Of a DNA stretch of 64,000 bases, positions 19,562-28,886 are shown one piece after another. The stretch lies in the NCBI GenBank assembly GCA_965140585.1, contig OZ223269.1, forward strand, positions 512,001 through 576,000. The letters run 5' to 3'. The stretch's first letter is position 1. Each line of letters opens with the position of its first letter. The notes beneath the pieces were generated by a model. That model searched no databases. It was not told the origin of the DNA and worked only from the letters and a program-made list of their open reading frames with translations. The DNA is from Spirochaetia bacterium. GTDB lineage: Bacteria > Spirochaetota > Spirochaetia > UBA9216. Made by a program: the position numbers and the translations under genes.

Positions 19562-19666
19562 ACTAATCATCTCCTCATCATATTATTGTCGGCGTACTGA
19601 CTTATTTATTAGAGTAAATATGATTAATCTTATTAAAATTACTATTATTAAATCAGGAGTTTATTT

Positions 19667-20185
19667 ATGCAGAGTTTATTAATTTCAGGACTTATTGTTT
19701 TTGCCGCAAGGATACTTCAGGATCTTGTTTTCAATATGAAGATTGAACTTTTCAACAGGGGTAAAATGGCCGGTGTTTTCGGAATCAATTTTGTTGAAAG
19801 TATTATTGGTGTGACTGTCATAGCAATGGTAGTCAGTTTTATAAACGATAAACCGGCTCTGCTGGTTTTTCTGGGGCTCGGCTCTTCTATAGGAGGCCTG
19901 ATAGTTCTTAAGATCAGGGATCTTATGAATGTGAAGGTTATAGGTCAGCGGCAGTATTATGCACGTATTTCATTTACCGGTAATGAAGATCTTGTTGAGA
20001 TTCTTCAGAAAGATGGGTACCTGTTCACCATGGAACAGCGTGAGTTCCTTGACGGTGTAACAAGAACAGTTCTTGAAGGTTCACTTGAAAACAGGGCAAG
20101 GAAGGAACATCTCAAAACGCTGCTGAGAGGACGTGAAGGCAAGCTGGTAACTATCATTCCAGCCAGAGAGGTATATGCTCTGTAG
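19667..20185 (+). CDS. Small membrane protein, possibly DUF5698/UPF0316-like
   Basis: Three TM helices (FAARILQD..FVES..LGLGSSIG) and a soluble C-terminal domain. SD CAGGAG. Confidence 0.65.
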   Translation: MQSLLISGLIVFAARILQDLVFNMKIELFNRGKMAGVFGINFVESIIGVTVIAMVVSFINDKPALLVFLGLGSSIGGLIVLKIRDLMNVKVIGQRQYYARISFTGNEDLVEILQKDGYLFTMEQREFLDGVTRTVLEGSLENRARKEHLKTLLRGREGKLVTIIPAREVYAL

Positions 20186-20238
20186 GAGCATAATTGCACT
20201 ATAAATACATATATGCTCTATAAGTTATATCAGCATTT

Positions 20239-21441
20239 TCAATATGGATTAGGCGCCTTCCGGCGTATTATAAATCCTTCGGAAACTGGGGCTGATGTAT
20301 GGAGAAAGTAGGTTTTTCCATGATCAGCCTGGCTCACATCATTTCCTTCTTCATCTGTGATTCTATAAGAGTCGTCAGTTGTAAAAAGGATGTCAGGGCC
20401 TATATATTCAAGTTCCTCTCCGGGAATGATCTGGTTTTTAACGTCGATGCTCCATCTTCCTTCACCTGCATTTTTTCCAATTGTGCCCAGGAAGATGTAC
20501 TGTCGAAGATATGATTTTTCGGTAGGTTTTTCGATTTCTTCCTTTCCGTAGTAAAAACCGGTTGAAAATTCACGGTGACTGACTTTTTCAAGTTCTTCTA
20601 TGTATCCGTCGGTATCACCTGTGAAAGTACCTTCAAGCTTGTCTATTGCCTTCCTGTACGCACGGGTTACCACAGCGGTGTAATAAACAGATTTCATTCT
20701 GCCTTCAATCTTCAGTGAATCAACTCCGGCATTCTTAAGATCTTCCAGATGGTTGATCATACAGATATCACGTGAGCTTAGAATGCTTGTGAATCCGTCG
20801 CCTTCATATATAGGGTAGTATTCCCCAGGTCTTTCTGCTTCTTCCAGTACCCTGTACTCCCACCTGCATGAGTGTGAACAGTGTCCCTTATTCCCGCTGC
20901 GATTCGCCATCCATGCACTTAGAAAACATCTACCGGAATAGGCAAGACACATGGCTCCGTGTATGAAGCACTCAATTTCAACATCAGGCACCTTATTCTT
21001 GATGCGTTCAATTTCTTTAAGTGAAACCTCGCGCCCCAGGACGACCCTGGTAAAGCCCATATCCCGGTAGAACTTCACTGCTTCAGAGTTTACACAGTTT
21101 GCCTGGGTGCTAAGGTGCAGTTCAGTATTCGGGAAATGCTTTTTGAGGGTGGGGACGGCTCCTATGTCGCTTATAATATAGGCGTCGAAGGGGTACTCGT
21201 TCAGATATTCGATCTCTTTTTCAAGAGTATCAAGGTCATGTTCATGAAAGTATATGTTGAGAGCCCCGTAAAGTTTACGGTTTCCCTTTATCTTTTTAAT
21301 TGTTTCATACTCGCGGCTGCTGAAATTATCAGCCTTCTGCCGAAGTGAAAAGTTCTTGACGCCGATATAAACCGCATCGGCACCGTATTGGTAAGCGTAT
21401 TTCAGCTTTTCGATATTTCCTGCCGGAGAAAGAAGTTCCAT
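20239..21441 (-). CDS. U32 family protein (TrhP/YegQ-like tRNA hydroxylation)
   Basis: MELLSPAG, GADAVYIG, LHLSTQAN, HGAMCLAYSGRC, CSHSCRW and KIEGRMKS. Start set at 21441, which has a TTGATT-17-TATGTT promoter just upstream. Confidence 0.9.
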   Translation of the reverse strand: MELLSPAGNIEKLKYAYQYGADAVYIGVKNFSLRQKADNFSSREYETIKKIKGNRKLYGALNIYFHEHDLDTLEKEIEYLNEYPFDAYIISDIGAVPTLKKHFPNTELHLSTQANCVNSEAVKFYRDMGFTRVVLGREVSLKEIERIKNKVPDVEIECFIHGAMCLAYSGRCFLSAWMANRSGNKGHCSHSCRWEYRVLEEAERPGEYYPIYEGDGFTSILSSRDICMINHLEDLKNAGVDSLKIEGRMKSVYYTAVVTRAYRKAIDKLEGTFTGDTDGYIEELEKVSHREFSTGFYYGKEEIEKPTEKSYLRQYIFLGTIGKNAGEGRWSIDVKNQIIPGEELEYIGPDILFTTDDSYRITDEEGNDVSQADHGKTYFLHTSAPVSEGFIIRRKAPNPY

Positions 21442-21523
21442 AGCATGAACATAGCAGGAAAACGCTCTGGAATCAATCACAGGGGGGATATACAAACGAA
21501 TTAAGTATTATTAAAATACATGG

Positions 21524-22432
21524 ATGAAGTTCATTTTCCGGATATACATACTTATACCGGTATTTTTTCTTTTAACAATAGGACTCTCCGCTGCGCAGGA
21601 AATTACCGGCGGTCTTATGTATCCTGACCAGTGGCCTGACAATGTTTTTCCAGCTGATCCGCTTAAGGGACGAGTACGGCAGGTTACAGAAAAAGCTTTC
21701 AGCATGAAAGACGGAAACGGCCGCAGCTTAAAAGAACTTGAGTACACGCTTATTTTGAGTTATGACGAGAATGGCTATCTTGTGTCTGAAGCATACTTCA
21801 ATGCAGACGGAAGTCCGGCAAACACCATTGAATATGATTACGACAACGGAAACCTCAGCCTTAAACTTCAGAAGCACCCTGAAGTCCGGAATCCTGATCG
21901 TGAAATGTTTACCTATTCACCGGACGGCAGGATTCTTGAAGCTGAAAAGATATATTCAACAGGAAATTACGGCTGGCGTTATAAAAACAGCTATAACAGC
22001 AATGGTAAAATTGTACTTACGAGTAAATATGATCGTTACTGGAAATGGATTTTAGTTTACAGCCGCATGTTTGAGTATGACAATAAAAACAGACTGACTG
22101 CTACAGAAGGTTTCGGGATGGACAGTGAGCTGCTATGGCGCGATGAGCGGAAATATGATGAATTAAGCCGTGTTGTTGAAGAAATAAAATACGATCCTGA
22201 CGGAGTACTTGTAGTAAGTGTTGCTACCGAATACAACAGCCGTAACCTCGCTGTAAAGAAAGAATTTACAGACAACCGGGGAATAGTATATGCAGTATAT
22301 GCATACGGATATACATACGATGAAAAGGATAACTGGCTTGTGAAGATTATAGGAAGGGAAGAGCCGGGCACTTATTCAAACTACCTTATCCCTGAATCAA
22401 CTGTTGAACGTGAAATTGAATATTATAATTAA
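21524..22432 (+). CDS. Exported protein with YD/RHS-like beta-hairpin repeats
   Basis: Signal peptide, LKGRVRQV, repeated YDxxG units and a C-terminal REIEYY. Confidence 0.75.
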   Translation: MKFIFRIYILIPVFFLLTIGLSAAQEITGGLMYPDQWPDNVFPADPLKGRVRQVTEKAFSMKDGNGRSLKELEYTLILSYDENGYLVSEAYFNADGSPANTIEYDYDNGNLSLKLQKHPEVRNPDREMFTYSPDGRILEAEKIYSTGNYGWRYKNSYNSNGKIVLTSKYDRYWKWILVYSRMFEYDNKNRLTATEGFGMDSELLWRDERKYDELSRVVEEIKYDPDGVLVVSVATEYNSRNLAVKKEFTDNRGIVYAVYAYGYTYDEKDNWLVKIIGREEPGTYSNYLIPESTVEREIEYYN

Positions 22433-22443
22433 GATTACAGGTA

Positions 22444-22568
22444 AAAACATTTAACTAAATACAGTCACTAAAAACACCCATATTTAGGAGCAGCTTATAT
22501 AATTTTAAATTTGACAATCATATTAGCTCATGTTAGCATTTAATAGTTAAAACATTTAACTATTAAAT
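22444..22568 (+). promoter_or_regulatory. Sigma70 promoter with twin ROK-type operators
   Basis: TTGACA(22511)-17-TAGCAT(22534). A perfect 14-3-14 palindrome ATTTAATAGTTAAA-ACA-TTTAACTATTAAAT lies at 22538-22568, and its AAAACATTTAACTA core repeats 105 bp upstream. Confidence 0.8.
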
Positions 22569-22586
22569 CTTTAAACAGGAGTTTTT

Positions 22587-23336
22587 ATGATTAATGTACT
22601 GTACGCTGGCGATTACGCCCTGATTAGCACCACCTTTTATAAGGGAATGAATTCGTTTTCTTTTGCAGAGCTTTTTGATGAAAGAGCTTTTTTACTTGAA
22701 CCGCTCAAATCGGACACCGAATTGAATATTACTTATCTGCCTACGCCGAATGTCTCAAAGGACTTTCCATCTACCATTGAGGATATTTCAAAGTATGATG
22801 TAATCCTTTTAAGTGATCTTGGCACTGATACAATATTGCTCTATCCAGACAGATTTAAAATACCAATGGGATCGAACCGGTTGAAACTGATAGAGAATTA
22901 TGTGAAAAACGGCGGCGGCCTTGCTGTAGTAGGCGGCTGGATGGGATTCGGCGGACAGATGGGGCAGGGGCGGTATCACAATACTGTTTTTGAAGATCTT
23001 CTTGATATTAATGTAAGTCCCTTTGATGATAGAGTGGAAATACCTGAAGGTTCAAAATTCAATCCTGTAAAAACTGAACATCCACTCATCAAGGATATGG
23101 AATGGGATAGTTCCCCTCTGCTTTTTTTAGGGTATAATCGTTTTGAAGCAAGAAATAAAGATAAAATTATTGCTGAATGGGACGGGGATCCGATGATGGT
23201 TGTAAACAACTATGGAAACGGACGTACTCTTGCTTTTGCATCCGATTTAGCTCCGCACTGGGGTCAAGGATTTATTAACTGGAAAAACTATGCAAAATTC
23301 TGGAGCAGATGTTTCAGATGGCTGGCAAATAAATAA
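22587..23336 (+). CDS. GATase1-like (DUF1355) glutamine amidotransferase-fold protein
   Basis: YDVILLSDLG, GGGLAVVGGWMGF, DDRVEIPEG, GYNR and AFASDLAPHW motifs. Confidence 0.85.
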   Translation: MINVLYAGDYALISTTFYKGMNSFSFAELFDERAFLLEPLKSDTELNITYLPTPNVSKDFPSTIEDISKYDVILLSDLGTDTILLYPDRFKIPMGSNRLKLIENYVKNGGGLAVVGGWMGFGGQMGQGRYHNTVFEDLLDINVSPFDDRVEIPEGSKFNPVKTEHPLIKDMEWDSSPLLFLGYNRFEARNKDKIIAEWDGDPMMVVNNYGNGRTLAFASDLAPHWGQGFINWKNYAKFWSRCFRWLANK

Positions 23337-23362
23337 AAATTTTTTTTTACTGGAGAAGGAAT

Positions 23363-24529
23363 TTGGATACAAGGAATTCGCCCTACAATAAGGTTTTTAA
23401 CCGTCATCTGGTAATAAGAAGTCTTTTCAAGAATTCTTACTCACGGGCCGAACTGTCCCGGTTGACCGGACTTACAAAGGCCTCAATCAGTAATATCACT
23501 GATGAACTGATTAATGAGGGCCTTATAAAAGAATCAGGCCTTGAGCTTAACAACAAAAACGTAGGGCGGAATCCAACAACTCTTGAAATAGTATCTGAGA
23601 GGTACAATATACTCTGCGTTGATATCGCCCGCGACGGATGCAGTATAGGTTTAGTGGATTTAGGCGGAAATGTACTTACCTCGAAAAAAGTTGATATTTT
23701 CAGCTGCAGATCACCTCAGCAGGCTGTTGAAATTATTTGCAGCGATATCAAAAAAAGTATTCTGAATATAAGAACCGTTAATGAAATTCTGGGTCTTGGA
23801 ATAACTACACCGGGGCCTGTTGATACACTTAATGGAATTATTGATGAGATACCGGATTTTGAACTATGGCGGGGGTTCAATATCATTAACGAGTTTAAAA
23901 AATATTTTGATTTTGAAATCAGGCTGGAGCGTGATGCAAATGCAGTAAGTCTTGCTGAATTGTATTTCGGTTATGGCCGTCAATTTGATGATTTTATCTG
24001 TATTATGTCCTATGTCGGTCTGGGTTTCGGGATAATCAGAAATCGAAAACTATTCAGCGGTGAGCTAGGATTGACTCCGGAATTCGGGCATCTCTCTATC
24101 GATTTTCAGGGTGAAAAATGTGTCTGCGGTAACCGGGGATGCTTATACGGGTTTTATGGACTGCTGAATATTCTTGAAAGAGTCCGGAAAGATTTCCCTG
24201 ATTTGAAGAATTGGGAAGAGATTGTAGACAGGGCTTATGCCGGTGAAAAATATTTTATAAATATAATTGAGTATTATGCCGGAATTTTTTCTACAGCAGT
24301 AGTAAATGCAATAAATTTTACAATGCTTAAAAAGATTGTTCTTTCCGGTTTTATAATATATAAACCGGAGATGTTCATTAATGAACTAAGGAAGAAACTG
24401 AAAGATTCATATATCGCCAGAAACTTTTTTGACGTGGATGTTTATATCACCGATTTGAGAGAATCAGAAAATCTGATAGGTGCAGCAACCGGAATTATCG
24501 AATACAGCTTTAATAAATACAGGCAGTAA
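23363..24529 (+). CDS. ROK family transcriptional repressor
   Basis: HTH SRAELSRLTGLTKASIS, GRNP, PGPVD, ERDANA and EFGHLSI..CVCGNRGCL. Confidence 0.92.
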   Translation: MDTRNSPYNKVFNRHLVIRSLFKNSYSRAELSRLTGLTKASISNITDELINEGLIKESGLELNNKNVGRNPTTLEIVSERYNILCVDIARDGCSIGLVDLGGNVLTSKKVDIFSCRSPQQAVEIICSDIKKSILNIRTVNEILGLGITTPGPVDTLNGIIDEIPDFELWRGFNIINEFKKYFDFEIRLERDANAVSLAELYFGYGRQFDDFICIMSYVGLGFGIIRNRKLFSGELGLTPEFGHLSIDFQGEKCVCGNRGCLYGFYGLLNILERVRKDFPDLKNWEEIVDRAYAGEKYFINIIEYYAGIFSTAVVNAINFTMLKKIVLSGFIIYKPEMFINELRKKLKDSYIARNFFDVDVYITDLRESENLIGAATGIIEYSFNKYRQ

Positions 24530-24541
24530 CACAGCGGTAAG

Positions 24542-25714
24542 CTACCTGCTTTCAGTTAAATCAATCTGCCTGATATTGCGGTTAAAATAATCATGCATCA
24601 GCATGTAGCGCTGCATGAAAAAGTCATTCCAGGGCTGCGGAACAGGCTGGTGGGTCAGCTGTTCAAGCGGTGTAATAACTACTTCCCGGTTAGTTGTCAT
24701 CATGTTTGCGGTTGGAATGGCCTCGACCCTGTCAAACACAATTTTTCCGTTTCTGAAGGCGGCCTCTATCTGGATAATTGCGGAATCGCCGGTATAGGAC
24801 CATTCCTCTTCGGGTAGATCCGGATCTATTATTCTGCCCTGACCGGAGATGAAGTTGCCTAATGAGTTCATTACAACGCCTGTTCTTACTCCGGTAGTGA
24901 CAATATCAACAGGCTGTATTATGTGCGGATGATGACCCCAGATTATATCAACACCGGCCGCAACCAGGTCATTAAAAAACTCAGTCTTTGCTTTTACCGG
25001 ATCTGCTAAATACTCAACTCCTCCGTGGTATGCAAGTACAAAGAGGTCGTAATCGGGCCGGATATTCTTTATGAAATCTACAAAGGCTGAGGTCTCGTCC
25101 CCGTCACGGAAATCGACAAGCTGCATATAGCCTCTGCCGGGATTATGGTTTGAGAACTGGGCAACAGCCAGATAACCAATTTTCCACCCGTTTTTACGTA
25201 TTGTAACAGGTTTGAAATCAGTTTCAGGATTATCCTTGGCACCGGAAAAATGCAGTTCCCTGTTCTGCTGCCTTTTATAGTAGCTCATAAGAGAGTACAT
25301 TGTACTGACTGTAGCCTGCAGACCTGGAACACCCTGATCTGCGGTGTGATTGTTAGCTATAGATACCACATCCACGCCTGCGTCAATGGCGGCCATGACG
25401 TATTCTGGATGGATGTTGAAAACAGGGTAGCTTGCCTGGGGAATTTCAGGATTGACCGGAAACTCAACATTGCTGAAGGTCAGACTGTCATTCTGCATGA
25501 TTGATTCGATGTCGCGGTAGATTAGTGAGTAGTCTTTCATGCTGTAGTTGATGACATGGGCCATCATGTCGCCGGTAAAGCTTAATACCAGCGGCTCTTT
25601 TATTGCCGGAACCTGAATACCGGCGTCCCTGTACTGCATTGCAGAAGCAGGGACTGCTGATATTAATGCCAGAGAAATTACAGATATATACGGCAGTTTA
25701 AAAAATCTTCTCAA
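24542..25714 (-). CDS. CapA family metallophosphoesterase-fold protein
   Basis: Signal peptide and FTGDMMAH, NVE, ANNHTADQG, YHGGVEY, GHHPH and SLGNFIS motifs. Confidence 0.9.
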   Translation of the reverse strand: MRRFFKLPYISVISLALISAVPASAMQYRDAGIQVPAIKEPLVLSFTGDMMAHVINYSMKDYSLIYRDIESIMQNDSLTFSNVEFPVNPEIPQASYPVFNIHPEYVMAAIDAGVDVVSIANNHTADQGVPGLQATVSTMYSLMSYYKRQQNRELHFSGAKDNPETDFKPVTIRKNGWKIGYLAVAQFSNHNPGRGYMQLVDFRDGDETSAFVDFIKNIRPDYDLFVLAYHGGVEYLADPVKAKTEFFNDLVAAGVDIIWGHHPHIIQPVDIVTTGVRTGVVMNSLGNFISGQGRIIDPDLPEEEWSYTGDSAIIQIEAAFRNGKIVFDRVEAIPTANMMTTNREVVITPLEQLTHQPVPQPWNDFFMQRYMLMHDYFNRNIRQIDLTESR

Positions 25715-28037
25715 TTACCTCATCCATCATTTCAACAGGGTGAAATGTTATGCCTTTTTTAACATGATCCGGAATCTCATCCAGATCGCGTTCATTGGCC
25801 TTGGGTATTATAATATTTTTTATGCCTGCGCGTCTTGCGGCAATTGTTTTTTCTTTAAGACCGCCTATCGGCAGAACCTTTCCTGCGAGTGAAAGTTCTC
25901 CGGTCATTGCGAGCTTCTTTTTCATCATTTTACCTTTCGCAAGAGAGAGCAGGGCAGATGCCATTGTAATACCAGCAGACGGCCCGTCCTTGGGTGTTGC
26001 ACCTTCGGGGATATGCAGATGAATCATGTTCTCGGCGAAAAACTTCGGATCCACACCATTATTTTCAGCTATATGACGGACATAGGTGTAGGCAATTCCT
26101 GCTGATTCCTGCATTACCTTGCCCATCTGGCCTGTAAGTTTGATACCTTCCTTGCCTTTAATATTCACTGCTTCGATCATAAGAGTATCTCCGCCGAAGT
26201 TTGTCCAAGCAAGTCCTACAGCCATACCGGGACTTGTGACCACCTTTATCTCATCTTCACGGAAAACAGGTTTCCCAAGGTATTCCTCAAGGTTTTCAGG
26301 GGTGATATTGAATGGTGCTTTGACATCATCAAGTACAATTTTTCGGGCAAGTTTGCGGTGAATTTTGTCCAGAGCCTTTTCATAATTGCGCATACCTGCT
26401 TCGCGGGCGTAATTTACAGCTATAGCGGAAAGGGTTTTTGTTGTGTATTTAACTTCTTTACGCTTTAGTCCTGTCTTTGTCAGCGATTTGGGTATCAGAT
26501 ATTTCTGGGCTATCTTGATTTTTTCCTGCTCAATGTATCCCGACAGCCGGATAATTTCCATACGATCCAGAAGCGGTCTTGGAATTGTATCTAGTGTATT
26601 GGCTGTGACTATGAACAGGATGTTTGAGATATCAAAGGGGAGATCAAGATAATGATCCCTGAAGCTGATATTCTGTTCCGGATCAAGTACTTCAAGCAGA
26701 GCCGAGGACGGGTCTCCCTGGTATGATGCACCCATTTTATCAATCTCATCTATCATGAAAACCGGGTCCTTGGCCTTCACTATCTTGAGTCCCTGAATAA
26801 TTTTACCCGGCATTGCGCCTACATAAGTTCTTCTATGCCCCTTGATTTCCGCCTCATCACGCATTCCTCCGACCGAAAATCTGAAAAATTCCTTATTCAG
26901 TGCGCTGGCAATGGATTTTCCTATTGATGTTTTACCGACACCCGGAGCCCCTACAAGACAAATTATGGAGCCTTTAGAATCTTTCTTGAGTTTTCTAACG
27001 GCAAGATACTCAAGAATACGTTCCTTTACATCTTCAAGCCCGTAATGATCACGGTCAAGTATGGTTCTTGCTTCTTTCATTTCGAAATTTTCAGGTTGCG
27101 GATCTTTCCATGGCAGCGAAACAATGGTGTCAAGATAGTTTCTTGTAACAACAAACTCGGATGAGTTGGGATCCATCAGTTTGAATTTCTCAAGCTCCTG
27201 GTTTACCTGCTCTTTTATTTCGCCTTTGAATTTGAAGGCATCAACAGCTTCCTTAAAACGGTTGTATTCCTCACTCTTGGCGTCCACCGGCATCCCCAGC
27301 TCTTTCTTGATCGCCTTAAGCTCTTCCTTAAGAAAGTATTCACGCTGATTCTTTTCGATCTTTTCATTGATCTGGTTCTGAATTTTACGCTGAATACGCA
27401 TCAGCTCCTGTTCCTTCTTTATGTAGACAAGAACGTTCTCAAGTCTCTTCTGGACATCCAGTGTTTCAAGGATCTTCTGCTGGTCTTTACGGTCGATATT
27501 CAGTATTGAGCTGAAAAAATCTGCGATTTTACCGGGCTGATCGATATTTACCATTGAAAGGCGCATCTCTTCCGAGAACAGCGGGTTGTTCTCGGAAAGC
27601 TGTTTCATCTCATTGATTATAGAGCGTGTAAGCGCTTTAACCTCAATAGAGTCATCATTCTCATCATCAAGATAATCAACTGCTGCAACATAGGGCTGCT
27701 CATCAGAAAGGTATTTCTTGATTTTGAAACGTTTAAGTGTTGATATGAAAATGTTTATCCCGCCGTCGGGAAGGTTGATTTTCTTAACAATTTTTCCGAC
27801 TGTACCTATATTGTACATGTCTGACGGTGCCGGATTTTCTGTTTCCTCGTCTTTAATCATCAAAAGCCCGATCATACTGTTTTGATTTAGGGCCTGATCA
27901 ACAACCGTGATATCACTTTCCGACTCGATCATCATCGGTGTAAAAATTCCGGGAAAAACCGGTTTCCCAAGCGTCGGAATAATAAACAGCCTGCTAGGTA
28001 GCATTTGATCCGCGGGCACAATTTGTTTATCTGGCAT
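25698..28037 (-). CDS. lon: Endopeptidase La
   Basis: GAPGVGKTS, DEAEIKGHRRTY and PKDGPSAG with catalytic Ser, plus GGLKEK. Confidence 0.97.
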   Translation of the reverse strand: MPDKQIVPADQMLPSRLFIIPTLGKPVFPGIFTPMMIESESDITVVDQALNQNSMIGLLMIKDEETENPAPSDMYNIGTVGKIVKKINLPDGGINIFISTLKRFKIKKYLSDEQPYVAAVDYLDDENDDSIEVKALTRSIINEMKQLSENNPLFSEEMRLSMVNIDQPGKIADFFSSILNIDRKDQQKILETLDVQKRLENVLVYIKKEQELMRIQRKIQNQINEKIEKNQREYFLKEELKAIKKELGMPVDAKSEEYNRFKEAVDAFKFKGEIKEQVNQELEKFKLMDPNSSEFVVTRNYLDTIVSLPWKDPQPENFEMKEARTILDRDHYGLEDVKERILEYLAVRKLKKDSKGSIICLVGAPGVGKTSIGKSIASALNKEFFRFSVGGMRDEAEIKGHRRTYVGAMPGKIIQGLKIVKAKDPVFMIDEIDKMGASYQGDPSSALLEVLDPEQNISFRDHYLDLPFDISNILFIVTANTLDTIPRPLLDRMEIIRLSGYIEQEKIKIAQKYLIPKSLTKTGLKRKEVKYTTKTLSAIAVNYAREAGMRNYEKALDKIHRKLARKIVLDDVKAPFNITPENLEEYLGKPVFREDEIKVVTSPGMAVGLAWTNFGGDTLMIEAVNIKGKEGIKLTGQMGKVMQESAGIAYTYVRHIAENNGVDPKFFAENMIHLHIPEGATPKDGPSAGITMASALLSLAKGKMMKKKLAMTGELSLAGKVLPIGGLKEKTIAARRAGIKNIIIPKANERDLDEIPDHVKKGITFHPVEMMDEVIEKIF

Positions 28038-28133
28038 AGCTGAACCTCTTCTTTTAGTTTACTTATCTTAAAAATATGCAAAAAAGAGCTAAAAGGCAAA
28101 TATTGATGAGCTTTTATGTTATAATATTTTTCG

Positions 28134-28886
28134 ATGGACAGGAATTGTCAGACAGAAGCTGTCGTACTTAAAACCAGACGATTCGGTGATTTCCACAAAT
28201 CAGTTACGATGCTCAGCCCTGAACAGGGGATAATCGATGCTGTTGCCCATGGGGCTTACAAGGGCAAAAGCAGAATGAGCAGCATAACCGATATATTTGC
28301 CGTTTCAAGCTTTGATTTATATTATAATCCAACCCGTGACAGCTGGAAAATAAACAGCTGTGAATCAGCATCGCTTAACTCCGGAATCAAGGAAAATATG
28401 GATGCTTTGTGCAATGCTTCATTATGGTCGGAAGTCGTACTGAAATCTCATGCAGCCGGAGCAGATTACCTTCCAGTGTACAGCCTGCTTACATCGGCAT
28501 TAAGGCTTCTTGACAGTCACCCTGATAGGGCTGTGGAGCTTACCGTTCTGTTTCTGTACGGATTTCTTTTCGACGCAGGGTTTATATCTGATCTTGGCTC
28601 ATGCGGCCGCTGTGGAAGAGATTCTGTGAATGAATCGATGTTCTATTCACAGGTTGAAAACATATTTATCTGCGGTCGATGCAGATCTGCAGGCATGCCG
28701 GTTCTTGATGCGGACGCATCTGAATATCTTCAAAGTTATTCACGGCTTAAGCTTGAAGAAGCTCTTGAAAAAAGGTTAGATTTACAGCTGATGAAAAAAA
28801 CAAGGGATCTGCTTATAATAATTCTTAAAAGCGTTATTGAAGTTCCCCTGAAGACTTTAGGTTTTATTGAATATGATATGGAATAA
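28134..28886 (+). CDS. recO: DNA repair protein RecO
   Basis: N-terminal OB fold (EAVVLK..AVAHGA) and a CxxC..CxxC zinc finger. Upstream of recJ. Confidence 0.88.
   Translation: MDRNCQTEAVVLKTRRFGDFHKSVTMLSPEQGIIDAVAHGAYKGKSRMSSITDIFAVSSFDLYYNPTRDSWKINSCESASLNSGIKENMDALCNASLWSEVVLKSHAAGADYLPVYSLLTSALRLLDSHPDRAVELTVLFLYGFLFDAGFISDLGSCGRCGRDSVNESMFYSQVENIFICGRCRSAGMPVLDADASEYLQSYSRLKLEEALEKRLDLQLMKKTRDLLIIILKSVIEVPLKTLGFIEYDME

Noticed and set aside
20171-20222. TATGCTC inverted and direct repeats at the end of the 19667-20185 gene
   Set aside because: Short and AT-rich. Adequately explained as a weak terminator between convergent genes.
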